NCBI GenBank assembly: GCA_018897195.1
Contig: JAHILH010000003.1
Span: forward strand, 431 to 64,430
Source of the DNA: Patescibacteria group bacterium
Lineage (GTDB): Bacteria > Patescibacteriota > Patescibacteriia > Patescibacteriales > UBA12075
Direction of reading: 5' to 3'
Length of the DNA stretch: 64,000 nucleotides
Under the pieces are notes generated by a model, which saw only the letters and a list, made by a program, of their open reading frames with translations, did no database searches and was not told the DNA's origin. The position numbers were made by a program, and so were the translations under genes. The number at the start of each line of letters is the position of its first letter. Positions within the stretch are counted from its first letter, which is position 1. Shown here one piece after another: positions 9,490 through 19,292 of the stretch.

Positions 9490-10470
9490 ATGTCGATTAT
9501 TGAAGTAAAAAATTTAAGTAAAACTTACGATTATTATAAGAAGCAACCCGGGCTTTTGGCGTCATTGAAGTCTTTATTTAAGCGTGAAAAATTATTTGCT
9601 GAGGCGGTGAAAGCGGTTAATTTTTCTTTGGAAGAAGGCGAAATCGTTGGTTTTCTTGGTCCGAATGGCGCGGGCAAGACGACGACTTTGAAAATGTTGT
9701 CCGGAATTTTGCACCCGACCAGTGGAGAGGTTAATGTTTTGGGTTACAATCCCTGGAAACGCGAACCAGCTTTCCAAAAACAGTTTGGCTTGGTGATGGG
9801 ACAAAAAAGTCAGCTCTGGTTTGACTTGCCGGCTCTGGATAGTTTTATTTTGCAAAAAGAGATTTATGAAGTTTCCGATGAAGATTATAAAAAAAGAATG
9901 GATGAATTGGTTGAGCTGTTGGACGTTAAAGATGTTTTGGATAAGCAAGTGCGCAAATTGTCCCTGGGTGAACGCATGAAATGCGAATTATTGATGGCGC
10001 TGATTCATAATCCTAAGGTGTTGTTTCTGGATGAGCCGACCATTGGTCTGGATGTGATATCACAAAAAAATGTCCGTGATTTTATCAAAAAATATAATCA
10101 GTTGAATAAGACGACGATTATTTTGACCTCGCACTATATGGCTGATATCAAAGAATTGTGTAAGCGAGTGGTTTTGATCGATCAAGGTGTGATTGTTTAT
10201 GATGGACTTTTGAGCGAGTTGATTGTGAAGTATGCTCCGCACAAAGACATTAAAATTATTTTTGCCGACGGGGAGATTAAAAAAGAGGCTTTGGTAGAAT
10301 TTGGCACCGTGTTAGAGTTTTCCGCGCATTCAGCCGTAGTTCGCGTTGACCGTGATCGAGCCAAGGAAACAGCGGCGAGAATTTTGTCATCTGACCTGCC
10401 GGTTGAGGATATTGAGATTAAAGAAGAAGATATTAGTGCAGTAGTCGGAGAAGTGTTTAAGAGTAAATAG
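9490..10470 (+). CDS. ABC exporter ATP-binding subunit
   Basis: GPNGAGKT, LSLGE and FLDEPT motifs. Confidence 0.9.
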   Translation: MSIIEVKNLSKTYDYYKKQPGLLASLKSLFKREKLFAEAVKAVNFSLEEGEIVGFLGPNGAGKTTTLKMLSGILHPTSGEVNVLGYNPWKREPAFQKQFGLVMGQKSQLWFDLPALDSFILQKEIYEVSDEDYKKRMDELVELLDVKDVLDKQVRKLSLGERMKCELLMALIHNPKVLFLDEPTIGLDVISQKNVRDFIKKYNQLNKTTIILTSHYMADIKELCKRVVLIDQGVIVYDGLLSELIVKYAPHKDIKIIFADGEIKKEALVEFGTVLEFSAHSAVVRVDRDRAKETAARILSSDLPVEDIEIKEEDISAVVGEVFKSK

Positions 10471-10483
10471 ACCTATATATCTC

Positions 10484-10520
10484 TCCCTCTTCTTTGCAGG
10501 AGGGGGTTGGGGTGAGGTAG
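10484..10520. repeat. Single arm of the GGGGTGAGG REP family
   Basis: Its reverse complement matches the right arm of the 6999-7124 element. Confidence 0.75.
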
Positions 10521-10525
10521 AGAAT

Positions 10526-11314
10526 ATGAGAAAATATTTTACAGTATTAAAAATGGCAGCGCAGCAAAGCCTAGTGTATCGCTTTAATTTTTTTGCGAAT
10601 TTTTTTGGTGGCTTTTTGTCGTTGGTGGTGATGGTCTATGTGTGGTTGGCGGTTTATCGCAATGGCGGCATGGCCGGCACTTATTCTTTGCGATCATTGG
10701 TGGCGTATTATTTGATTATGTTCGTGATTTTTTTGTCCTACAAAGGGGTGGGCGATATTGCTTGGCATTTGGGGGATTATATTCGCCTAGGCTCATTTTC
10801 GTCTTTTTTAGTAAAGCCGATGGATTTGACCAAATATTACTTATTCCGTAGTATGGGCTTGTTTATGTATGATTTTTTGGTATTAATTTTTATCATTAGT
10901 TCTTTATTGTTTTTCCCTAAACTAGGTTTTTTGCCAGTGAATGTGCTTCTATTTGTTCCTAGTTTAATCTTGGCGGCGACGATTTATTTTTTTGTTTTTT
11001 ACATAATTGGACTGTTAGCGTTTCATTTTGGCATGGTGATGGGAATTAATTTTCTCATGTATAATGTGGTGGCCTTTTTCTCTGGTAGTATGCTACCCCT
11101 TGATTTATTGCCAAAGGGTTTGCAGTGGTGGGCTAATTTTTTGCCGTTCAAATATATCGGCTTTTTCCCTTTGAGTGTCATTCAGGGTAAATTGTCCGGG
11201 CACGAAATTATTTGGGGATTTGCAGGCGGATTATTGTGGTTGGTTTGGTTTTATTTATTCGCAAAATTTATTTATTATAGTGGTGTAGAAAAATATGAGG
11301 CAAGCGGTGCTTAA
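10526..11314 (+). CDS. ABC-2 family permease (DUF990-like)
   Basis: About 6 TM helices; G..S..LVKP and FSGSMLPLD motifs; operon with the ATPase. Confidence 0.85.
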   Translation: MRKYFTVLKMAAQQSLVYRFNFFANFFGGFLSLVVMVYVWLAVYRNGGMAGTYSLRSLVAYYLIMFVIFLSYKGVGDIAWHLGDYIRLGSFSSFLVKPMDLTKYYLFRSMGLFMYDFLVLIFIISSLLFFPKLGFLPVNVLLFVPSLILAATIYFFVFYIIGLLAFHFGMVMGINFLMYNVVAFFSGSMLPLDLLPKGLQWWANFLPFKYIGFFPLSVIQGKLSGHEIIWGFAGGLLWLVWFYLFAKFIYYSGVEKYEASGA

Positions 11315-12113
11315 AAAAATACGCAAATATTTTGTTGTTTGGTTAATTAACGCCAAGGCGCGTTTGATGGAACGCATGGCCTACCCGGTCAACTTTTTCG
11401 TCATGGCCATGGCGGTGGTTTTGCAAATGGTTTTGCCGGTGATTTTATTGAATGTTATTTTTCGTTTTTCAGGTGATTTGTCGGGTTGGAATCGAGATCA
11501 GGCGATGATTGTCTTGGCGACCTATATGTTCATTGAAGGTTTGTCGTGGGCGACACATGCCTTTGTGGCTGGTTTGAAAATGAATATTATGAGCGGGACT
11601 TTCGATAGTTTTTTAGTCAAGCCGATTGACGCGCAATTTAGCGCTTCTTTTTCGCGCGCTGATCCGGAAGACTGGATGCGCTTGGTGACAGCGGCAATTG
11701 TTTTTGTGAAGGCAACAGAAAATCTGGTTTTTACCTGGGGGCAATTAGCGGTTAATGCTTTTCTCTATCTGTTCTTACTAGTCACTGCTTATCTTATTGT
11801 GTACAGCATCTCCTTATTTGTAGCAACCTTGTCGATTTGGTTTACTGAAGTGCGTGCATTATTTACCATTACCGACAATATCATCAAAATGTCTCGTTAC
11901 CCAACGGATATTTATTTCCCCAGCGCCGTGCGTATTATTTTTTCAACGATTTTGCCAATTGCTTTCATCTCCACCATCCCTGCTAAAATATTCCTCTTCG
12001 GCCCGCGCCTAGATTTAATCGCGTATTCGTTTATCGTTGCAATTATCTTTTTTGTCGCTTCAAGAAAATTTTTCCACTACGGCTTGAAACATTATTCAAG
12101 CGCGTCAAGTTAA
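11295..12113 (+). CDS. ABC-2 family permease (second subunit)
   Basis: GTFDSFLVKPID and RYPTDIY motifs; multi-TM. Confidence 0.85.
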   Translation: MRQAVLKKIRKYFVVWLINAKARLMERMAYPVNFFVMAMAVVLQMVLPVILLNVIFRFSGDLSGWNRDQAMIVLATYMFIEGLSWATHAFVAGLKMNIMSGTFDSFLVKPIDAQFSASFSRADPEDWMRLVTAAIVFVKATENLVFTWGQLAVNAFLYLFLLVTAYLIVYSISLFVATLSIWFTEVRALFTITDNIIKMSRYPTDIYFPSAVRIIFSTILPIAFISTIPAKIFLFGPRLDLIAYSFIVAIIFFVASRKFFHYGLKHYSSASS

Positions 12114-12122
12114 AAAATAGCC

Positions 12123-12164
12123 ATTGTTGTAAATTTAGTGCGACCGCACTTTTTTTACAACAAT
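12123..12164. repeat. 42-bp palindromic repeat, copy 1
   Basis: ATTGTTGTAAA-TTT-AGTGCG-AC-CGCACT-TTT-TTTACAACAAT. Confidence 0.85.
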
Positions 12165-12178
12165 TGATTTGATTAAAT

Positions 12179-13297
12179 ATGTCACAACTTCGTATAATTA
12201 ATTTAATAAACTCCCTAGAAGCCGTCGCCGGAACAGTAATCGGCATTTTTGTGCCGGTTTACTTATTGAATTCCGGTTTTTCGCTGCGAATGATTTTTGT
12301 TTATTATCTGATTTATTCTGCCGGTGTGCCGATTTTTTTTATGACCGCCGCCAAGGTTTGCGAACGTTATGGTGTGCGACGAACTTTTTTAGCGAGAATT
12401 CCGATTGTTTTTCTTTTTTATACTGCACTTTTTATGGTTGATAAATTTTCTTTCTTGGTTTTTTTATTGCCGTTGCTGAAATCCCTTGAAGCCAGTTTGA
12501 TGTACTATCCGATGCATTTTATTTTTATCAATCAGGTCGAACATGATGATATGAGCAAGCACGTTTCGCATCTTTTTGCTTGGCCGCAAATCGTCGGAAT
12601 TATCATGCCGATTGTGTCGGGTGCAATTGCCTTGTTGTTTGGTTTTAAAAATCTGTTTGCGCTGGTGTTTGTGGTTTATTTTATTTCGATTTTTGTTTAT
12701 TTGCGTTTTGAAGATTATCAGATAAAAACCAAATTTGATTTTCAAAAAGTTTTTGCTTTTTTCAAGAAATATCCCAAATATATTGTAATGGAAGTTTTTG
12801 AGAATATCCGCGAGGATATGCACGGCATCGTCTGGCCAATCTTCTTTTATTTTACAATTGCCAGTAGTCTGGGCGAGAAAATCGGCATTGCCTCGGTTGG
12901 CTCAATTAATTCAATTACAGCAGTAATCGTTTTATTGTTTACAATGGCAATGGGCAGAATTTCGGATCGGTATAGCAAGAATAAATTGATGAAGTTTGGT
13001 TTTATGTTGGCGACGCTCACCTGGGTGACGGCCTATTTTTTGGATAATAATATTTATCTGTATTTATTTTCAATCTTATTCAGCTTCGTCAGTGTCATGA
13101 TTGAACTGCCATACCAAGCGCTTACTTATCAACTGGCCAAGAAAGACAAACAAAGTAGCGAGTTTATCGTCTTCCGCGAAATTCCACTATTCTTCGCTCG
13201 CGCCCTAGTATACATTGCCTGTATTTTATTGATAGCAAATCTAAAAATTACATTTTTAATTGCAGCCGTCATCTTTGCATTCTTTGCACTAATATAA
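12179..13297 (+). CDS. MFS-like transporter
   Basis: About 12 TM helices; GRISDRYSK motif A-like loop. Confidence 0.75.
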   Translation: MSQLRIINLINSLEAVAGTVIGIFVPVYLLNSGFSLRMIFVYYLIYSAGVPIFFMTAAKVCERYGVRRTFLARIPIVFLFYTALFMVDKFSFLVFLLPLLKSLEASLMYYPMHFIFINQVEHDDMSKHVSHLFAWPQIVGIIMPIVSGAIALLFGFKNLFALVFVVYFISIFVYLRFEDYQIKTKFDFQKVFAFFKKYPKYIVMEVFENIREDMHGIVWPIFFYFTIASSLGEKIGIASVGSINSITAVIVLLFTMAMGRISDRYSKNKLMKFGFMLATLTWVTAYFLDNNIYLYLFSILFSFVSVMIELPYQALTYQLAKKDKQSSEFIVFREIPLFFARALVYIACILLIANLKITFLIAAVIFAFFALI

Positions 13298-13298
13298 A

Positions 13299-13340
13299 AT
13301 TGTTGTAAATTTACGTCGACCGTCGTAATTTTACAACAAT
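13299..13340. repeat. 42-bp palindromic repeat, copy 2
   Basis: ATTGTTGTAAA-TTT-ACGTCG-AC-CGTCGT-AAT-TTTACAACAAT. Confidence 0.85.
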
Positions 13341-13347
13341 TAATTCT

Positions 13348-14403
13348 ATGAACATATTTACGCGTTCAAAATTAAATCCAATCTTAAAGCCGGATAAAAA
13401 TAATTCTTGGGAGGCTTTGAAATTATATAATCCCGGAGCGATTTTTCACGATAATAAGTATCACTTATTTTATCGGGCGGTTGGTGCAGGCAGTGATTGG
13501 AACTCGGCGATTGGTTATGCCGTCTCCGACGACGGTGAAAATTTCCAAAGATTTGCCGAGTCTGTATTAATTGGTGAGGGCGAAGCTGAGAAGCGTGGCT
13601 TAGAAGATCCACGCATTACCAAAATTGGCGATACATTTTATATGACCTACGCAGCCTATGATGGCAAAACACCACGTTTGTTAGTGGCGACTTCAAAAGA
13701 TTTAAAAACTTGGCAAAAGCAAGGTGCAGTTTTCGCGGACTGGAATTTTGCCCACGCTGGTGGCGTTTATACTTATTTCGTTGACGGCAAACCGCAGACA
13801 AAAGAAATGAGCAAGGAGTGGTCAAAATCAGGCGCGATTTTTCCAGAAAAAATTAACGGAAAATTTTTAATGTTATTCGGTGAACATCGAATCTGGTTTG
13901 CTGAGTCTGACGATGGCCTGCATTGGACAGGTGATGAAGAGCCTTTCTTGGAGCCACGCACGGGGGATTATTTTGATAACACTTTTGTGGAAATGGGCCC
14001 GCCGCCAATCAAAACAGAAAGGGGTTGGCTAGTTTTATATCACGGTATTAATAATGCCCATCGTTATCGCATTGGCGTACTGTTGCTTGATTTGAATAAC
14101 CCACGCAGAATATTATACCGCTCCATTGAAGCAATCTTCGAACCGCAAGAACTATACGAGCTAGCCGGCCTTGTCGACGTCTTGCCAGGCGGTTTAGATG
14201 CTTTACAAAAACTAAGTGAATCTGAACAAGAAACATATATCGACGAAGCCTTAAAAAAAGGTACTATGCCCAAAGTGACATTCTGCTGTGGTGCGGTTGT
14301 GGTAGGTGATGCGTTGCGAATATATTATGGGGCCGGTGATTCGGTAATTTGTACTGCAACGGCGAAGATGAGCGACGTTATGAATTTTGCAAACCAAAGA
14401 TAG
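13348..14403 (+). CDS. GH130 family glycosidase/phosphorylase
   Basis: NPGA, YRA, EDPRIT, GPPPIKTERGWLVLYHG, VTF and YYGAGD motifs. Confidence 0.9.
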   Translation: MNIFTRSKLNPILKPDKNNSWEALKLYNPGAIFHDNKYHLFYRAVGAGSDWNSAIGYAVSDDGENFQRFAESVLIGEGEAEKRGLEDPRITKIGDTFYMTYAAYDGKTPRLLVATSKDLKTWQKQGAVFADWNFAHAGGVYTYFVDGKPQTKEMSKEWSKSGAIFPEKINGKFLMLFGEHRIWFAESDDGLHWTGDEEPFLEPRTGDYFDNTFVEMGPPPIKTERGWLVLYHGINNAHRYRIGVLLLDLNNPRRILYRSIEAIFEPQELYELAGLVDVLPGGLDALQKLSESEQETYIDEALKKGTMPKVTFCCGAVVVGDALRIYYGAGDSVICTATAKMSDVMNFANQR

Positions 14404-14411
14404 AGAAATGA

Positions 14412-14453
14412 ATTGTTGTAAAAAAAGTGCGGTCGCACATTATTTATAACAAT
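14412..14453. repeat. 42-bp palindromic repeat, copy 3 (inverted relative to copies 1 and 2)
   Basis: ATTGTTGTAAA-AAA-AGTGCG-GT-CGCACA-TTA-TTTATAACAAT; 4 mismatches to the reverse complement of copy 1. Confidence 0.85.
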
Positions 14454-14490
14454 ATCGTTCGTTGTATTTTTATTATTAAAATATAAATTT

Positions 14491-14973
14491 ATGAAAACTC
14501 TTGTTATTTATTATTCACTAACGAATAATGCTAAATTTATTGCTGAGGAAATTGCGAATGCGATTGGGGCGGATATTTTGGTTTTAAGGACTAAGAAGGA
14601 AATATTGAAGCCGACTGGATTTATGAAATATTTTTGGGGTGGACGACAGGTGATGATGAAGGAAATGCCGGAATTATTACCATTGGAAAAGAATCCAAGT
14701 GATTATGATTTAATTATTATTGGCACTCCAGTTTGGGCTTGGACATTTACGCCACCGTTGCGAACTTTTTTTGCAACTGCAAAAATACAAAATAAAAAAG
14801 TTGCTATTTTTTGCACTCACGGCGGAGGCATGAGAAATACCTTGGAGGACATGAAAAAGGAATTAGCTGGTAATGAGATTGTTGGTAAGATAGATTTTAA
14901 AGAACCTTTGAAATATGACAAAGAAGAGAGTGGGCGCAAGGTGAGGGAATGGGCGAAGAACTTATTAGGATAA
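14491..14973 (+). CDS. Flavodoxin-like protein
   Basis: YYSLTNN, IIIGTPVW and FCTHGG motifs. Confidence 0.85.
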   Translation: MKTLVIYYSLTNNAKFIAEEIANAIGADILVLRTKKEILKPTGFMKYFWGGRQVMMKEMPELLPLEKNPSDYDLIIIGTPVWAWTFTPPLRTFFATAKIQNKKVAIFCTHGGGMRNTLEDMKKELAGNEIVGKIDFKEPLKYDKEESGRKVREWAKNLLG

Positions 14974-14983
14974 CATTATATTT

Positions 14984-16762
14984 ATGACAAAAAAACTTTT
15001 CGAACGCACGCGCGATATCAAGGTGTCGCCGATTAAGCAGATTGAGATGGCGGCGGCGCGGATTCCGGGGGCGATTAGTTTGGCGCAGGGGATTCCGAGT
15101 TTTGATACGCCCTTGCCGATTCGTGAATATGCGAAGCGGATGATTGATGAGGGGAAGTGTGCGCGGTATTCTTTGACGATCGGGTTGCCGGAGTTACTTG
15201 AGACCGTGGCGGAGAATTTGGCGCGCGATGGGATGTTTTATGATCCGTGGACGGAGATTATTGCGACTTGCGGGTCGATTGAAGCGATTACGGCGAGCTT
15301 GATGGCGCTGACTAATCCGGGGGATGATGTTTTGATTCCGTCGCCGACTTATGTTTCGTATCAGGAGGCGATCAAAGTGGCGGGAGCGCGGCCGTGTTTT
15401 TTTCCTTTGGACGAGGATCGGAATTTTGATTTGAAAGTTGATGAGTTGGAGAAATATTTGACGCCTCGAACTAAGGTGATTTTTTATTGCAATCCGAATA
15501 ATCCGACCGGGACGATTTATTCCAAGGAGCAACTTTTGAAATTGGCCGCCTTTGCGGAGAAGCATGACTTGATGATTTTGACTGATGAAGTTTATAAGGA
15601 TTTTGTATATAACGGTGAACCGTATTTTTCACTGGCGCAGATGCCAGAGTTGAAGGCGCGTGTGGTGCGGGTCTTTTCTTTTTCCAAGGCTTATGCGATG
15701 ACGGGGTGGCGGATCGGTTTTGTGCATTCGGACAAGACGGTGATTGCTGAGATTTTGAAGATTCATGATTCGATGGTGACCTGTGCGCCGGTCGTGTCGC
15801 AGTATGCCGCCATTGCTGCCTTCGAGCACGCGCAAGATTATGTAAATGAATTCAAAGAAGAATTTTTGCGTCGGCGGGATCGAACTTTGGAGTTGTTGAA
15901 TGGACTAGCGCACGTCTTTGATTATCAGCAACCGAACTCATCTTATTTTGTTTTTCCCCGCGTCAAAGATCTTGTGCCTTATGCTAATGACTCAACCAAG
16001 CTCGCTTATGATATTTTAGAAAAGGTGGGCGTGGCCCTCGTGCCCGGTGCAGCTTTTGGTCCGACGGGCGAATCGCATCTGCGGATTTCTTATGGCTATT
16101 CGATGGAAAATATCGAGAAAGCCTTTGAACGTTTGTATGAATATTTTAAGGTGAATGGTCAGGCGGAGAAAATTAAAACAGTTGAACTGGATAATAACTT
16201 AATCTTGTCGAGAAAAATCGTGAAGACTTCACAATTGCAAAAAGTGGCTTATAACTTCTTGCGCAGCTGTGCTCGAGTTTACCTTTGGCGCACAAAACCA
16301 GAGATTATTGCCATCACTGGAAGTACGGAAAAAACGTCTACGAAGCGTCGCTTAGTGACCGAGTTGGAAAAAGAGAGAAAAGTGCGGGCCAATCCGAAGT
16401 CGAATAACACGGAAATCGGGGTGATTTTGTCGGTCTTAGACTTGGATTGGAAAATGGAGAAATGTAAATTATTTATCTTTGCCAAGGCAATGTGGCGGGC
16501 TATGTTTTTGTCTAAGGTTGATGTTTTGATTTTAGAGTTGGGCATTTCCGAAGTTGGTGATGCGCGGGCGCATTTACAATTACTGACGCCGGACAAATTG
16601 ATTCTCACCAATATTACACCGAGTTTTTCAAGTGACTTGGAATATTTAAAGGTGATGGAAGCAGAGATTGCTTATTTGTTAAAAAATTTACCGCAGTGTA
16701 ATATTGAATTAGTTGGCAATGATGATCGACTAAGGGAATTAATAAAAAGTATTAAAAAATAA
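14984..16762 (+). CDS. Class I/II PLP aminotransferase fused to a partial MurF-like domain
   Basis: NPNNPTG, TDEVY and SFSKAYAMTGWRIG; C-terminal IIAITGSTEKTSTK...KSNNTEIG...LILELG. Confidence 0.85.
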   Translation: MTKKLFERTRDIKVSPIKQIEMAAARIPGAISLAQGIPSFDTPLPIREYAKRMIDEGKCARYSLTIGLPELLETVAENLARDGMFYDPWTEIIATCGSIEAITASLMALTNPGDDVLIPSPTYVSYQEAIKVAGARPCFFPLDEDRNFDLKVDELEKYLTPRTKVIFYCNPNNPTGTIYSKEQLLKLAAFAEKHDLMILTDEVYKDFVYNGEPYFSLAQMPELKARVVRVFSFSKAYAMTGWRIGFVHSDKTVIAEILKIHDSMVTCAPVVSQYAAIAAFEHAQDYVNEFKEEFLRRRDRTLELLNGLAHVFDYQQPNSSYFVFPRVKDLVPYANDSTKLAYDILEKVGVALVPGAAFGPTGESHLRISYGYSMENIEKAFERLYEYFKVNGQAEKIKTVELDNNLILSRKIVKTSQLQKVAYNFLRSCARVYLWRTKPEIIAITGSTEKTSTKRRLVTELEKERKVRANPKSNNTEIGVILSVLDLDWKMEKCKLFIFAKAMWRAMFLSKVDVLILELGISEVGDARAHLQLLTPDKLILTNITPSFSSDLEYLKVMEAEIAYLLKNLPQCNIELVGNDDRLRELIKSIKK

Positions 16763-16767
16763 TAATA

Positions 16768-19233
16768 ATGAATTTCAATAAAAACCAACAAGAAATAATC
16801 GATAACATCAACGGCGCTTATTTAATTTCCGCACCAGTAGGAACGGGAAAGACGACTGTTCTGACCGAGCGGATTATTAAGGCTTTGGATTCTGGTGTGA
16901 AGCCGGAGGAGGTTTTGTGTTTGACTTTTACGAATCGGGCGGCGGAGGAGATGCGGGCGCGAATTAAAAAAAGAATCGGGGAGAAGGGGGTGTTCGAGCA
17001 ATTGTTTATCGGCACTTTTCATGCCTTTTGTGTTTATTTTATCAAGGCGGAGGCGAAGCAGATTGGGGTGGGGGCGGATTTTGTAATCCTTGACGAGGAT
17101 GAGCAGTTTGAGATTTTTAAAAATATTTTAGACAAGAAAGAGAATGTGATGCTCCTGGGCAAGAATGAGAAGCGGGAGACTTTGGATTTGATTGAGCGGA
17201 TTTATAAGCGACGCTTGGCGCGCTTGGAGATTATGATTGGTTGTCAGGTGCCGGCCGTGGAAGAGGATCGGAATTTGGATGAGTTGGAACAGATGTATAT
17301 TCAAGAGTTGGAAAACCAGAATGCCTTTGATTTTAACGAGTTGGTCTTGCTGACTTTACGGTCTTTGTATTTTGATATACGTTTGAAAAATAAATGGGCG
17401 CAGAAGTTTAAGTTGATTCAGTTGGATGAGTTTCAAGATACGCATTTGTCGGAGTATTTGGTGATTAAAGAATTAGCAAAGCAACATAAGAATGTGGCAT
17501 TAATCGGCGACTTGGATCAGACAATTTATTCTTGGCGTGGGAGTGAGCCGTTTTTTATTGCCAGTCTGTTTAAATCACATTTTGCACCAGTAACTGAGAT
17601 GCACCTGGAAATGAACTATCGTTTTGACCAGAATATTTTGGCGGCGATAAAAAGTTTCTTAACTAGCATGGAAGGACGGACGACGAAGAATATTGAGAGT
17701 GACCGATTGGATGATGGTGAGAAAAAATGTATCAAGGTTTTTGGAGGCTATAATCTGGCTGAAGAAGCGGGTTGGGTGATTGATCGGATTAAGAACATTC
17801 GGGAAGAAGATGAAGGCGCAAGCGTGGCGGTGTTGGCACGCTCGAATTTTGTGATAAATAAATTGGCTGATGTTTTTACGGAAAAAAAGATGGCGCACAT
17901 GACGGTTGATAAATATGATTTTTTCCGCCGCCAAGAAGTGAAGGATGTCTTTGCGTATTTGAAAATTTTGTTTAATAAATATGATCTCGAAAGTGCGTAT
18001 CGCATTGTGACGCGACCAGCGCGCAATATTGGTGAGGTGACCTTGAAGAAAATCCGTGAAGAGGGTGGCGCTTCAGGACTACGCGTGTCGGACTTTTTGG
18101 ATTTTAAAAATTTTAATTATCCGGAACCATTTTCTAATTTGATTAATAAATGGGAGAAGGGGCGTTTGATTGTGCTTGATACCGAAACAACTGGCATCAA
18201 TCCTTTGCGCGATGAGGTGATTCAGATTTATGCGACCGAAGTGGTTGATGGTAAACTGGGCAAGGATTTTGAATTTCTTTTGAAAAATACCAAGCCGGTT
18301 GGACTCTCTGGTGAAGTGCACGGCTTTACCGATGAGTATTTGGCTGAGAAAGGCCGTGATCCGAAAGAAGTATTGCAAGAGTTGAAAGATTTTATTGGTA
18401 ATGACATTACCATTGGACATAATGTTAATTTTGACTTGTCGATGTTGTTGGAAAATGGCAAGCGTCATGATGTCTTATTTGAATTCAAAGAATATTATGA
18501 CACGCTTGATTTGGCGCGACGCTTGGTTGAGAGTGAGAATTATAAATTGGGGACACTGGTAAAAAAATTCGGTTTGAGCCAGGCGACGCATGATGCCAAG
18601 GATGACGTGTTGGCGACGGTTGGCTTGTTGGAGGTGTTGGTGGGGAAATTGATGGTGAGTCGCACCGAGCGCGCGACTTTATTTGCGAAATTTTCCGGCA
18701 AATTTGTTAAGTTGGCTGGTGATATAAATACTTGGCAAAAAGAAATAAAAAAATTGCGTCCGGTTGACGCGCTTGATTATATCTGGGAACAGAGCGGTTT
18801 GCAAGGATTTTATAATGAACAAAAGGATAAAGATAAACGTTTGAAGTCGATTGAAGTTTTGCGTGATGTTTTTCAAACCAGAGACGACGCTGAACGACCA
18901 GCAGAGACTGTCTTGCGTGAGCTGATTAACTATGCCGCCTTGACGCGCGATATTAATTTCCTCGGCGTGGATAGTGGCAAGGTGCCAATTGTGACCGTGC
19001 ATCAAGTTAAAGGTTTAGAATTTGATTACGTCTTTGTCGTTGGCCTGAACGAATTTAAGTTTCCGATGTATCGCTCGGATGTGGCTGAAGAAAAACGATT
19101 ATTTTATGTGGCGCTGACGCGGGCAAAGAAAAGAATTTATTTGTCATACAGTCGCTTTGATGATTACAATCGTAATCTCGCGATTAGTCCTTTTATTGGA
19201 TATTTGGATGGGGACTATATTGAGACGATATAA
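16768..19233 (+). CDS. UvrD/Rep SF1 helicase with an inserted DEDDh (DnaQ-like) exonuclease
   Basis: Helicase motifs APVGTGKT, TFTNRAA, LDEFQDT, GDLDQTIY, TVHQVKGLEF and LFYVALTRAK; insert motifs LDTETTG, GHNVNFD and HDAKDD. Confidence 0.9.
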   Translation: MNFNKNQQEIIDNINGAYLISAPVGTGKTTVLTERIIKALDSGVKPEEVLCLTFTNRAAEEMRARIKKRIGEKGVFEQLFIGTFHAFCVYFIKAEAKQIGVGADFVILDEDEQFEIFKNILDKKENVMLLGKNEKRETLDLIERIYKRRLARLEIMIGCQVPAVEEDRNLDELEQMYIQELENQNAFDFNELVLLTLRSLYFDIRLKNKWAQKFKLIQLDEFQDTHLSEYLVIKELAKQHKNVALIGDLDQTIYSWRGSEPFFIASLFKSHFAPVTEMHLEMNYRFDQNILAAIKSFLTSMEGRTTKNIESDRLDDGEKKCIKVFGGYNLAEEAGWVIDRIKNIREEDEGASVAVLARSNFVINKLADVFTEKKMAHMTVDKYDFFRRQEVKDVFAYLKILFNKYDLESAYRIVTRPARNIGEVTLKKIREEGGASGLRVSDFLDFKNFNYPEPFSNLINKWEKGRLIVLDTETTGINPLRDEVIQIYATEVVDGKLGKDFEFLLKNTKPVGLSGEVHGFTDEYLAEKGRDPKEVLQELKDFIGNDITIGHNVNFDLSMLLENGKRHDVLFEFKEYYDTLDLARRLVESENYKLGTLVKKFGLSQATHDAKDDVLATVGLLEVLVGKLMVSRTERATLFAKFSGKFVKLAGDINTWQKEIKKLRPVDALDYIWEQSGLQGFYNEQKDKDKRLKSIEVLRDVFQTRDDAERPAETVLRELINYAALTRDINFLGVDSGKVPIVTVHQVKGLEFDYVFVVGLNEFKFPMYRSDVAEEKRLFYVALTRAKKRIYLSYSRFDDYNRNLAISPFIGYLDGDYIETI

Positions 19234-19244
19234 AATTTACCAAT

Positions 19245-19278
19245 AAAAAAATCTCATAAGCAATTATGAGATTTTTTT
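19245..19278. terminator. Bidirectional intrinsic terminator
   Basis: AAAAAAATCTCATAA-GCAA-TTATGAGATTTTTTT between convergent genes. Confidence 0.85.
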
Positions 19279-19292
19279 ATTTGAGACAGTGA

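Noticed and set aside
12123..14453. 42-bp palindromes as integron attC sites or CRISPR repeats
   Set aside because: The order is GTT...AAC rather than RYYYAAC...GTTRRRY, one copy is inverted, no integrase is present, the spacers are whole genes, and there are no cas genes.
14984..17300. G-rich, higher-GC stretch as a foreign island
   Set aside because: No boundaries, repeats or mobility genes; judged by eye only and compatible with strand skew and codon usage.
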